Part shown: piece after piece, positions 1 through 8,765 of the stretch
How positions within the stretch are numbered: the stretch's first letter is position 1
How the letters are laid out: every line of letters starts with the position of its first letter
NCBI GenBank assembly: GCA_036389235.1
Contig: DASVQJ010000223.1
Coordinates: forward strand, 8,333-72,332
Reading direction: 5' to 3'
Source of the DNA: Pyrinomonadaceae bacterium
GTDB taxonomy: Bacteria; Acidobacteriota; Blastocatellia; Pyrinomonadales; Pyrinomonadaceae
DNA: 64,000 nt
Program-made: the position numbers and the translations under genes
The notes under the pieces: generated by a model
Databases searched by the model: none
Seen by the model: the letters and a program-made list of their open reading frames with translations, nothing else
What the model was told of the DNA's origin: nothing

Positions 1-1
1 G

Positions 2-646
2 TTCGCCTTCGCCGGGCTCGACTTCAAGGCGATCACGGCCGTCGCCGTCGCCTCGGTCGTGCCGCAGCTCGACTACACCCTGAAGCGCATGTCGGAGGTC
101 TACTTTCACCTCACGCCGCTCTTCATCGACAACGCGGTCGACACGGGGCTGACCATCCTCTACGACCCGCCGTCGGACGTGGGCGCCGACCGCATCTGCG
201 ACGCCGCCGCCGCGATGCACAAGTACGGCACGCCCTGCATCGTCGTGGACTTCGGCACGGCGACCAACTTCGAAGTAATAGAGGACGGCGGGCGCTACCT
301 CGGCGGCGTCATCACGCCCGGCATCTCCATCTCGACCGACGCGCTCTTCGCGCGCGCGGCGCGGCTGCCGCGCGTCGGCATCGAGCGCCCGCGCAACGTC
401 ATCGGCACCTCGACCGTCTCGGCCATCCAGTCCGGGCTTTATTACGGCTACGCGGGGCTGGTGGACGGCATCCTTCGAAGAATGATCGAGGAGTTGGGAA
501 GAAGGCCGCGCGTCGTCGCCACGGGCGGCCTCGCGCCGCTCATCGCCACCGCCTCCGAGTACATCGACGAGGTCGACCAGACGCTCACGCTCGACGGCCT
601 GCGCCTGCTGTACGAGCGGAACCGGAGCCGGTTACCTCAGAGCTGA
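2..646 (+). CDS. coaX: Type III pantothenate kinase, C-terminal part (5' end lies outside the window)
   Basis: The frame is open from the window edge. Motifs ASVVPQL, VVDFGTATNF and ATGGLAPLI are typical of CoaX-type kinases. Confidence 0.85.
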   Translation, partial: FAFAGLDFKAITAVAVASVVPQLDYTLKRMSEVYFHLTPLFIDNAVDTGLTILYDPPSDVGADRICDAAAAMHKYGTPCIVVDFGTATNFEVIEDGGRYLGGVITPGISISTDALFARAARLPRVGIERPRNVIGTSTVSAIQSGLYYGYAGLVDGILRRMIEELGRRPRVVATGGLAPLIATASEYIDEVDQTLTLDGLRLLYERNRSRLPQS

Positions 647-699
647 AAGTGGAGTTACCTGAAGCTTAACGCGGAGGGCGCTGAGAAATCTTCAAGCCT

Positions 700-847
700 C
701 GCGCCGGGAGCGCGGGCATCCTGCCCGCCATGAGCGCGAAAGCGCGAAAGCCGTGAGACTTTAAATCTCCACGTCGGGAGAGAACCCTTCACGGTGAAGC
801 GTGCTTCAGCACGCTTCGGCGGGCAGGATGCCCGCGCTCCCGGCGCG
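700..847. repeat. Perfect 30-bp inverted repeat (700-729 / 818-847) with an 88-bp spacer that holds a second hairpin
   Basis: cgcgccgggagcgcgggcatcctgcccgcc is the exact reverse complement of 818-847. An inner palindrome reads gaagcgtgc-ttca-gcacgcttc. Confidence 0.9.
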
Positions 848-880
848 GCGGTCGCGTCCGTGTGAACGCCGCTATAAAAA

Positions 881-911
881 CTGAAAACCGAAAACTGAAA
901 ACCGAAAACTG
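881..911. repeat. Tandem heptamer array (CTGAAAA/CCGAAAA, about 4 units)
   Basis: ctgaaaaccgaaaactgaaaaccgaaaactg is read directly. The related array (CTGAAAA)x3 occurs at 36725-36745. Confidence 0.85.
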
Positions 912-1014
912 CCTTCACTCTTGACTATTCCCCGCCGCCTGTTCATTCTTTCCGGGCAGGCCGGGTCCTGACAGCTTCCGAAATCCTTCTGAAGAACTTT
1001 CCGCACGCGAACAG

Positions 1015-1824
1015 ATGACGAATAGAGCGGAGGCGGCGCGCGCCGAACAACCGTCGGAGCACCGACCTTTAAACTATTTCAATTACTACACCGAGATCGA
1101 GGACACTTTCGTACGCCGCCGCGGGAAGCACCTCCTGCTGGGCTCGCTCGACTGGGCACTCATGACGACCTGGAAAGAGATGGGCGTGCCTCTGCACGTC
1201 GTCCTGCGCGGCATCGAGAAGTCCTTCGACTCTTACGAGTCGAAGCCGCGCAAGCGCACCGTCAAGACGCTCTTCTACTGTCAGGAAGAGGTGGAGGCGC
1301 AGTTCGCCGAGTGGCTCGAATCGCAGACCGGCGCGCACGCGCCCGCGGGCGAACCGTCGGCGGAGGGCGGCGCCGCCGACGCGGTCGATAAAGTTGACGA
1401 GGGCGGACGCGGCCTCCCTTTCCCGCGCGAGGTCATCGCCGCGCACCTGGCCGACTGCGTCGGGCAGACGGCCCGCGCTCTGGAGAAGAGAAGCGCCGCG
1501 GGCGAAGACGCCGTGACCGAAGCGCTCGCGCGCGCGGCCGTACGCCTGCGCGAGCTGTCGGAAGACTTCGAACGCGCGGCGCGTCCGGACGCGGAGCTGC
1601 TGGAAAGCTCGCTCGCGGATTTGGAGGCGCTGCTCGACCGCGCGCTGCGCACGGCGCTGCCTGACGAAGAGGTCGAGGCGGCGCGCTCGTCGGCCGCCGA
1701 GCAGTTGCGCCCCTACAAGGCGCGGATGGAGCGCGCCACCTACGAGCAGACGCTCGACAACCTTCTGGCGAAGTCCCTGCGCGAGGCGGCCGGCGTCCCG
1801 CGCCTCAGCCTGTTCTACCTCTAA
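1015..1824 (+). CDS. Hypothetical protein (conserved-looking N-terminal domain, helical Ala/Glu/Arg-rich C-terminus)
   Basis: 269-aa ORF. The N-terminal 100 aa have balanced composition (NYFNYYTEIEDTFVRRRGKHLLL...WKEMGVPLHVVLRGIEKSF). The antisense ORF 1069..1833 is Arg/Ala junk. I recognise no family. Confidence 0.55.
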   Translation: MTNRAEAARAEQPSEHRPLNYFNYYTEIEDTFVRRRGKHLLLGSLDWALMTTWKEMGVPLHVVLRGIEKSFDSYESKPRKRTVKTLFYCQEEVEAQFAEWLESQTGAHAPAGEPSAEGGAADAVDKVDEGGRGLPFPREVIAAHLADCVGQTARALEKRSAAGEDAVTEALARAAVRLRELSEDFERAARPDAELLESSLADLEALLDRALRTALPDEEVEAARSSAAEQLRPYKARMERATYEQTLDNLLAKSLREAAGVPRLSLFYL

Positions 1825-1859
1825 ACCAAACATTCCCCCGAGGGGTGAAGGAGCAACAG

Positions 1860-2267
1860 ATGGCGAAAGTTCAAATCAGGCGCATGGGCGTCTTCTCCTG
1901 CGCGAAAATCTATTCGATCACGCTGGCCGCCATGGGCCTCATCATCGGCGTCATCTACGGCCTGATCTTCATGGTCGTCGGCGGCGCGATGATGGCCGGC
2001 GGCGGGCGCGAGTCGGGCGCGGCGGGCGCGAGCAGCCTCGTCATCGGGCTCGTGATGATGATCGCCATCCCCGTCTTCTACGCCATCATCGGCTTCATCT
2101 TCGGCATCGTCGGCGCCCTGGTCTACAACGTCGCGGCCGGGGTCGTCGGCGGCCTCGAACTCGAACTCGAAAACATGGACGGCGGCACCGGCTACGCCCC
2201 GCCCTCGCCGAACTGGGGCGACCAGCCGCCCTACACGCCGGGGCAGCAGCAGCAGTACCCGTACTGA
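1860..2267 (+). CDS. Small integral membrane protein with a Pro/Gln/Tyr-rich tail
   Basis: ATG 1860 lies 7 nt after aaggag. There are two to three long Gly/Ala/Ile-rich hydrophobic segments. The C-terminus reads PPYTPGQQQQYPY. Confidence 0.6.
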   Translation: MAKVQIRRMGVFSCAKIYSITLAAMGLIIGVIYGLIFMVVGGAMMAGGGRESGAAGASSLVIGLVMMIAIPVFYAIIGFIFGIVGALVYNVAAGVVGGLELELENMDGGTGYAPPSPNWGDQPPYTPGQQQQYPY

Positions 2268-2277
2268 ACGAGTAAAC

Positions 2278-2377
2278 GGTGAATAGTAAATGGTAAATAG
2301 TAAATGGTGAATAGTAAATGGTGAATGAATTAAGGCAGTTTCCATTTACCATTTACTATTCACCATTTACTATTCAC
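2278..2377. repeat. Long AT-rich hairpin whose arms are tandem heptamers (GTGAATA/GTAAATG)
   Basis: Left arm has 7 heptamers and right arm 5 complementary heptamers. The stem is about 35 bp with 2 mismatches. The hairpin ends 5 nt before the rlmD ATG. Confidence 0.85.
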
Positions 2378-2382
2378 TAACC

Positions 2383-3633
2383 ATGAAGAGTCGATTTCGT
2401 CGGCCGCGGCGCGAGGCGGCGGAGGGGGGCGGGCGTCTGCGCGCGGGCGCGCTGCTCGACGTGCGGGTCGAGCGCATCCTGCCGGGCGGCGTCGGGCTCG
2501 CGCACGCGGAGGGGCAGACGCTCTTCGTCTCCCTGGCCGCGCCGGGCGACCTCGCGCGCGTGCGCGTCGAGTCCGTCCGGGGCCGCGCGGCCTTCGCCTC
2601 AATCGTCGAGGTGCTCGAACCCTCGGGCGTGCGCGCCGAGCCGCCCTGCCCATACTTCGGCCGCTGCGGCGGCTGCGACTTCCAGCAGTTGACCTACGAG
2701 GCGCAGCTCGCCGCGAAGGCCGAAATCATCCGCGACTGCCTGCGCCGCGTGGCGCACGCCGAGCTGCCCGAAGAGATCGAGGTGGTGCCCTCGCCCGAAG
2801 TCTGGCGCTACCGCTCGCGCGCGCGCTGGCAGCACGACGCGGTGCGGCGCCACCTCGGCTACTACGAGCGCGGCTCGCACCACGTCTGCGACGTGGCCGA
2901 CTGCCCCGTCGCCGCGCCGCCCGTGGCCGAGCGCCTGGCGCGACTGCGCGGGATGATGTCGGAAGGGACTCTGCCGCAGGCTTCCGAGTTCGAGGCGGTC
3001 GCGGGCGACGAAGGCGTCGCGCTCGAACCCCCGGTCGAGCGCGGGGACGAGGGCGAGCAGTTGCGCCGCATCGGCGGCGAGACCTACCGCTTCGACGCCG
3101 GCTGCTTCTTCCAGATCAACCACGCGCTGCTCGGGCCGCTCGTCGCGGAGGGCCTGCGCGGCACCGCGGAAGGCGGCGACACCGCGCTCGACCTCTACAG
3201 CGGCGTCGGCCTCTTCACGCTCCCGCTCGCGCGCCGCTTTCGACGCGTCGTCGCCGTCGAGGGCAACCACGCTTCGGCCGGGTACGCCCGCCGCAACCTC
3301 GCCGACGCCTCCCTGACCAACGCGCGCGTCGAAACCTCCGCCGTCGGCGACTGGCTCTCCCGCCACGCGGACGAAACCGGCCGCGCCGACTTCGTCCTCC
3401 TCGACCCCCCGCGCGCCGGCGCCGAGCCCGAAGCCCTCCGCGGCATCATCACCCTCCGGCCCACACACATCTCCTACGTCTCCTGCGACCCCGCCACCCT
3501 CGCCCGCGACCTCCGCCTCCTCCTCGACGCCGACTACTCGATACACTCCCTCCGCGCCTTCGACATGTTCCCGCAAACCCACCACGTCGAAACCGTCGTC
3601 CACCTCTTCAGGTCTTTGGCGGCGCAGGAGTGA
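2383..3633 (+). CDS. rlmD: TRAM-domain, Fe-S-containing 23S rRNA (uracil-C5)-methyltransferase (RlmD/RumA family)
   Basis: Cys cluster CPYFGRCGGCDFQQL, SAM-binding LDLYSGVGLFTLPLA, DPPRAG, and C-terminal YVSCDPATLARD. Confidence 0.8.
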   Translation: MKSRFRRPRREAAEGGGRLRAGALLDVRVERILPGGVGLAHAEGQTLFVSLAAPGDLARVRVESVRGRAAFASIVEVLEPSGVRAEPPCPYFGRCGGCDFQQLTYEAQLAAKAEIIRDCLRRVAHAELPEEIEVVPSPEVWRYRSRARWQHDAVRRHLGYYERGSHHVCDVADCPVAAPPVAERLARLRGMMSEGTLPQASEFEAVAGDEGVALEPPVERGDEGEQLRRIGGETYRFDAGCFFQINHALLGPLVAEGLRGTAEGGDTALDLYSGVGLFTLPLARRFRRVVAVEGNHASAGYARRNLADASLTNARVETSAVGDWLSRHADETGRADFVLLDPPRAGAEPEALRGIITLRPTHISYVSCDPATLARDLRLLLDADYSIHSLRAFDMFPQTHHVETVVHLFRSLAAQE

Positions 3634-6584
3634 ATGCGAACGAACTCTCTGCGAAAGGCTTGAACATGGCTTCAAAATCAGCCCGGACTAATGCGGAACG
3701 AGGGAGGCCGAAGCCCGCAAGCTTTCCTCGGACGGACGAAGATAAGCTGGAGTGGCTGAAGCGCGGGTGGCCCCTTCACTTTCCCGCCGTCGCGGACGGG
3801 GGGCGGGCCGATGAGTTGAGGGAGGTGCGCACGATTCGGGCGTCCTGGCTCGCGCAACTCGTGAGGCGCCCCGGGCGGCTCTGCGAGTTACCGGTCGGCA
3901 TCAAGAACGCCATCATCGTAGGGCCGCTCGACCTTCAGTACGCGACTTTCCAGTACGAGTTCTCCGTCACGGATTCGACGTTCGCGGACACCGTCAACTT
4001 TTCCTTCGCCGCGTTCAAGCGCTCGGCCGTGTTCGCCGGCTGCCGGTTTCTACGCCCCGCCCGGTTCAGGGCCGCGCGTACCGAGTTCGACTTCGACATC
4101 AAGTCGGCCCGGTTCTCGGGCGCCGCGGTGTGCACCGACCTGCACGTGGGTGCGCTCCTGCTCGCCCAGGGAGCCTGGTTCGGCAGCGCGAACTTCGAGC
4201 GCCTGACGGTCGCGAAGAGCGCGTTCTTTAAGACCGACGTCGTGGGTGGGAAGGCCGTGCGCAGCCGCTTCTGGGGCGAGGCTAACTTCAGGGACGCGGA
4301 CGTTCAAGGTAACGCCCACTTCGATGCGGCGCAGTTCCGCGCCGCCGCGATCTTCAGCCGGATGCGTGTCGGCGGGAACGCCTTCTTCGGGGCGCACACT
4401 TCTGACCGCATGACGTTGCTGACCTCCTTCGCGGGCGGGGCCAGCTTCGCCGGCTCTCAATTCCGGAACCACGCGTACTTCGGCGGAGTTCAGTTCAAAG
4501 GGAGGGCCGACTTCGGCGCCGCCAAATTTAGCGGGGACGTCTCTTTCCTGCCCGTGCCGCTCGGGGGGAAACTCATCCCCGCCTACTTCGGCGCCGAAGC
4601 ATTCTTCACGGGCGCCCAGGTCGGGGGCAGCGCGAAATTCCAGGGCTGCCGGTTCAAGAAGAGGGCGGAGTTCGAGCGGCTCCAGGTCGGCGGGGTGGCC
4701 TTCTTCCGCGCGCACACCCAGAAGCGGCAGTTGGTCGCCACCAGGTTTCATAAGAGCGCGCGTTTCATGGGCGCCGCTTTCGGCGTGGCCGCCGACTTCT
4801 GCGGCGCGCAGTTTTTGAGGGACGCCAACTTCCGCTTCGTCCGCATCGGGGGCGACGGCTACTTCCGCGCGGTGTACCTGAGGCAGGAGGAGGCGCCCAC
4901 CCTCTTCCACGGCAAGGCAGATTTCTCGGGCGCGGAAATCCGGGGCTCGGTCGAGTTCGACAGTGCGTGGTTCGTCGGCGACGCCGACTTCGAAAGGCTC
5001 AGCGTCGGGGGGAAGGCCCGCTTCCGCACGGCGTCCGGCCGCAGGAACGCGAGCCCGATCACGTTCGGCGGCGCAACCCGCTTCGTACACATGAACGTCG
5101 CCGGCACGGCGGAGTTCCACGGCGCGTACTTCGGGGGGCGAGCCGACTTCGGCCGCGCGCAGATCGGCGGCTCCGCTTTCTTCGACCCGGCCGACAAACG
5201 CACGAGGGCGACCTCGGTCTGCTTCGCGGCCGAAGTCAAGTTCGTCGATGCGCACGTGAAGGGCACGGTGAGTTTTCAGGGTGCCCAATTCCTGGGCGAG
5301 GCCGTCTTCAGCCGGCTCAAAGTGGATGGCGACGCCTTCTTCAGCAGCGTCGAGGCCGGGGGGCAGGTCGCGGTGACCAACTTCTGCGGCCAGTCCCGGT
5401 TCATTCAGGCGCACGTCCAGGGCGCCGCCCACTTTTACGGCGCCCAATTCAAGCGGGCCGCCGACTTCGGCCGGATTCAGATTGACGGCTCCGCGGGTTT
5501 CTCGCCCTTAGTGTCGCGGCGGAACCTCATCCAGACCTCCTTTCAGGACGAGGTCAAGTTTCAGAGTTCGCGGATTAAAGGTCTGGCGGATTTCGGGGGA
5601 GTCAACTTCGGGCGCGGCGCGAGCTTCGAGGGCGTCCGGATCGACAGCACGGCCTTGTTCCGTGCTCACGCGGACGGCCCGCTATACGTCCCCATTGTGT
5701 TCCACGGCGAGGCGAGATTTCTGGACGCCAACGTCCAGGGCTCCGTCGAGTTCAACGGCGCGCAGTTCAACCGCGGTCTCAACTTCGCGCGGGCTAAGGT
5801 CGATGGCAACGTCTTCTTTAACCCGAGGGGAGCCCCCGTCAAATTCGGAGGCCACTCCGGATTCGTCGGCACACACTTCGCCAGCCAGGTGGAATTCGAC
5901 CGGGCTCAATTCCGAGGGTCGATGGATCTGCGGGGGTTCACGTACGCCCGCATCGAGGCGGATCACAAAGACCTTTTGGAAAACCTGGCCGCCTCCGCAC
6001 ACTACGACCGGCAGCCTTACACCCAGTTGGAAAAGGTCTACCGCTCGATAGGCTACGACCGCCGGGCCGACGAGGTCTACCTCGCGCGGCGGCGGCACGA
6101 GAGGAAACGTTTTGCGGCCAGCGTCGCCAGAAGGAAGGGGGCGGCGAGGGTGGCGAGCCGGGAGGCGCTCCAGGATTTAGGCCGCGTCTCCTGGGACTAC
6201 GTGCAGTGGGGGCTATGGAACTACGGCGTCCGCCCCTACATGCTTCTCGTCGCGAGCTTCATCGTGCTCCTGGCGGGCACGTACATCTTTACCTTCCCGG
6301 GGGCGGCCGTGCCTAAGGACCCTAAAAGCAGAACCGCCCAGGACGCGCGCTTACAGCAGCCCATGCCGTCGGCCTTTAACATCAGCCTGCATCAGTTCAT
6401 ACCGATCATCGAAATCCCGCCGGGCCGCGAGTGGGTGCCCTCAGACTACCCCGCGCCGCTGCTGGGCCGCCTGAACGTGTCGTTCGCGGGGTACGCGACC
6501 TTGCACCGCTTACTGGGAGCCTTGCTGGTTCCGCTGGGCGTGGCCGCCGTCACCGGGTTGCTCATCCGTCGGGAGAAGAACTGA
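3630..6584 (+). CDS. Giant pentapeptide-repeat protein with a C-terminal transmembrane region
   Basis: About 650 aa of A(D/N)FxG-type pentapeptide modules (e.g. FSGAEIRGSVEFDSAWFVGDADFERLSVGG). The C-terminus has hydrophobic helices (YMLLVASFIVLLAGTYIFTF, LLGALLVPLGVAAVTGLLI). The start overlaps the rlmD stop (gtgaATGcg). Confidence 0.75.
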   Translation: MNANELSAKGLNMASKSARTNAERGRPKPASFPRTDEDKLEWLKRGWPLHFPAVADGGRADELREVRTIRASWLAQLVRRPGRLCELPVGIKNAIIVGPLDLQYATFQYEFSVTDSTFADTVNFSFAAFKRSAVFAGCRFLRPARFRAARTEFDFDIKSARFSGAAVCTDLHVGALLLAQGAWFGSANFERLTVAKSAFFKTDVVGGKAVRSRFWGEANFRDADVQGNAHFDAAQFRAAAIFSRMRVGGNAFFGAHTSDRMTLLTSFAGGASFAGSQFRNHAYFGGVQFKGRADFGAAKFSGDVSFLPVPLGGKLIPAYFGAEAFFTGAQVGGSAKFQGCRFKKRAEFERLQVGGVAFFRAHTQKRQLVATRFHKSARFMGAAFGVAADFCGAQFLRDANFRFVRIGGDGYFRAVYLRQEEAPTLFHGKADFSGAEIRGSVEFDSAWFVGDADFERLSVGGKARFRTASGRRNASPITFGGATRFVHMNVAGTAEFHGAYFGGRADFGRAQIGGSAFFDPADKRTRATSVCFAAEVKFVDAHVKGTVSFQGAQFLGEAVFSRLKVDGDAFFSSVEAGGQVAVTNFCGQSRFIQAHVQGAAHFYGAQFKRAADFGRIQIDGSAGFSPLVSRRNLIQTSFQDEVKFQSSRIKGLADFGGVNFGRGASFEGVRIDSTALFRAHADGPLYVPIVFHGEARFLDANVQGSVEFNGAQFNRGLNFARAKVDGNVFFNPRGAPVKFGGHSGFVGTHFASQVEFDRAQFRGSMDLRGFTYARIEADHKDLLENLAASAHYDRQPYTQLEKVYRSIGYDRRADEVYLARRRHERKRFAASVARRKGAARVASREALQDLGRVSWDYVQWGLWNYGVRPYMLLVASFIVLLAGTYIFTFPGAAVPKDPKSRTAQDARLQQPMPSAFNISLHQFIPIIEIPPGREWVPSDYPAPLLGRLNVSFAGYATLHRLLGALLVPLGVAAVTGLLIRREKN

Positions 6585-6615
6585 CGCGCCCGGCGCGCCG
6601 CCGCGCCGGGCGGGC

Positions 6616-8460
6616 TCAGTGCGAGATGATGACGGCGCCGCCCAAGCCGAAGCCGAAGCCGCCGGGCGCGGCGGCGGCGTCGAGGCGGTCGGAGAGGACG
6701 CTGCGGGCGACGATGAGGCGGGCCATGAGGCGGGCCTCGTCGCGGTTGAAGCGGTCGGCCGTCGCGCGCGTGCGGTCGAAGTCCACGCGGGCGAGTTCGG
6801 CGAGCGCCTTGACGTGGCGCGCGTAGGCGGCGCCCAGCTCGCCCATGCCGGGGCCGAGCAGCATCTCGCCCTTGCGGAACATGCCGCCCCCGGCGCCGAA
6901 CTTCTCCAGGAGCGCCGCCGCCGACATCATGTCGTTCGCCTGGTCGATGAGCGGGTCGATCATCTCGAAGGTCTTCGAGGGCTCGACCAGCGCGTAGCCG
7001 CGCGCGACTTCCAGCAGCGCCTCCACCTCGCGCTCGTTGTCGGGCTGGCGGTCGAGGAGGTCGCGCGCCTCTTCGAGCAGCCCGCCCGCGGTCTTCTTGT
7101 CCCCCTTCGCCGCGTAGACGATTGCCAGCCCGGCCAGCGCGGAGGCGCGCCGCTCCTTCGACTTGACGCGCGAGACGACGGCGCGCGCGTCGTCCGTGTT
7201 GCCCTTCTCGACGGCGCGCGCGACCTCCGCGTTGTCGAAGTAGGCGAGCAGCTGCTCGCGCTCCTGCCCGCGCAGATGATCGTTGACGACCGCGCGGGCC
7301 TTCTCCGCCTCGCCGGATTGGAAGAGCTTCGAGGCGGCGGCCATGTAGAGCTGCCCGCGCATCTCTGCGGGCGCCTTCGCGGCCTCTTCGAGGATGCCCT
7401 CCGGCGGCCTGCCCATGACGGAGTCGTACTGCGCCCAAGCCTTCGCGCGCGGGTCGAGCAGCCTGTCCATCTCGGCGAGCTTCAGGCGCAGTTGCGCGGC
7501 GCGCGCCGGCACGCGCTTCTCCAGCTCGGGCAGGAGCGGGCGGATCGACATCATCATCCCGAAGGCGCCGTTGGCGGAAGAGTCCTTGAGCGCGGCGGCC
7601 GCGACGAGGTCGGCCAGCTCGCGCACGTCCGAGTCCTCCATGACGAGCGGCTTCGGCTTCTCGGGCGCGGCCGCGGCGGGGACGGGGATGTTGTTGTAGT
7701 AGCGTATCTGCTCGCCGGACGGCGGGAGCAGGACGCCGCGGAGCAGCGAGGCGGCGACCATCCACGCCTCGCGCCCGCCGCCCACCGTCTCGCCGCGCAG
7801 CTTCCCGACGATCTTCCCGGCGAGCTTCGTCGCCGCCTCCGGGTCCTTCTGGCTCAGCCGTTCGAGCAGCCCGAGGATGCCGTAGGTCACGCCCTTACTC
7901 AGGCTCTCCTCCGCCAGACGCAGCGCCGCCTTCGGGTCGGACCCGGCCGCCAGCGCCGTGAGCGACTGCTCCAGCCTCAGCTCCACGTCGGGGTCGCCCG
8001 CGGGCGCGTTCGAGCCGTCCTCCGAGGCGGGGCGCGACTCGCGCAGCAGTTCGAGCGCGAGCTGCGCGTCGCGCGCGGCGGCCGTGTAGAGCAGTTGCGA
8101 GCGCAGTTGCGTGGCCATCCAGTAGTCGCGGCCGCCGCGGTTCGGGTCGCCGGACTTCACGGCGGCGAGGTCGGCCGCGGCGTCGCGGAAGAGTGCGCGC
8201 GCGCGCTTCTCGTCGCGCGGCCAGAGGAGGTCTGCGGCCTGCAAGCGCACGGACGCGCGGTTCTCGGCCAGCTTGAGCACCTGCGCCCCTTCGAGCGTCT
8301 CGTCGAGCAGCACGAGCGCCTTGCGCTCAAGCTCCTTGCGCGCCTTCGCCTTCTCCTCCTCGGACTCCTGTTTGGCGGGCGGCGGCGACTGCGCCGCGGC
8401 GGCCGTCGAAAGTACGAGCAGGCAGAGCGTGAGTGCCTTGAGCGAGAGTCGGAGCGGCAT
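6616..8460 (-). CDS. Secreted helical-repeat protein, function unknown
   Basis: Signal peptide MPLRLSLKALTLCLLVLSTAAAAQ at ATG 8460. The body is Ala/Leu/Glu/Arg-rich with repeated helices. The upstream extension to 8520 lacks signal-peptide logic. Confidence 0.55.
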   Translation of the reverse strand: MPLRLSLKALTLCLLVLSTAAAAQSPPPAKQESEEEKAKARKELERKALVLLDETLEGAQVLKLAENRASVRLQAADLLWPRDEKRARALFRDAAADLAAVKSGDPNRGGRDYWMATQLRSQLLYTAAARDAQLALELLRESRPASEDGSNAPAGDPDVELRLEQSLTALAAGSDPKAALRLAEESLSKGVTYGILGLLERLSQKDPEAATKLAGKIVGKLRGETVGGGREAWMVAASLLRGVLLPPSGEQIRYYNNIPVPAAAAPEKPKPLVMEDSDVRELADLVAAAALKDSSANGAFGMMMSIRPLLPELEKRVPARAAQLRLKLAEMDRLLDPRAKAWAQYDSVMGRPPEGILEEAAKAPAEMRGQLYMAAASKLFQSGEAEKARAVVNDHLRGQEREQLLAYFDNAEVARAVEKGNTDDARAVVSRVKSKERRASALAGLAIVYAAKGDKKTAGGLLEEARDLLDRQPDNEREVEALLEVARGYALVEPSKTFEMIDPLIDQANDMMSAAALLEKFGAGGGMFRKGEMLLGPGMGELGAAYARHVKALAELARVDFDRTRATADRFNRDEARLMARLIVARSVLSDRLDAAAAPGGFGFGLGGAVIISH

Positions 8461-8765
8461 GACGTTACTCCTCTGGTTGAGCTTGCCGGGGCCGTTGAGG
8501 GCGGGAGACGAAGGAATCACTGCGGCCTCGCTTCGGCCGGATTGTACACGAGTTCGCTGCGGGGAAGAACGCGCGGGCTCCCCCGCGGCCGGGAAAAAAA
8601 AATCTGACCGGCGTGCTAGTTTTCGGCGGCGCCGTGCGCCTTAGAGGGAGGGCATGACTGACACGCGCGGCGCGGAGGCGTGCCGTGACACTCGCGACGC
8701 CGGACTCGGGCTCGACGGCGGGGCTTGATTGAACAGACGACGCTTACTCAAAAGGAGATGAGAAG

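Noticed and set aside
881-911. Heptamer and octamer repeat arrays as CRISPR arrays
   Set aside because: Repeat units are 7-8 nt and directly abutting, with no spacers. No cas genes are in the window.
655-918. 87-aa ORF inside the inverted-repeat and heptamer region
   Set aside because: It is generated by the repeat itself (FGFQFSVFSF comes from the heptamers, and both arms are translated). It has no RBS.
1069-1833. 254-aa minus-strand ORF mirroring 1015..1824
   Set aside because: Arg/Leu/Ala-rich with no start context. The plus-strand product has a compositionally normal N-terminal domain.
6446-8607. Alternative ORFs 6446..7765 (minus, other frame) and 6619..8607 (plus) overlapping the helical-repeat gene
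   Set aside because: Both are extremely Arg/Gly/Ala-rich. Only frame 6616..8460 (minus) has a signal peptide and varied composition.
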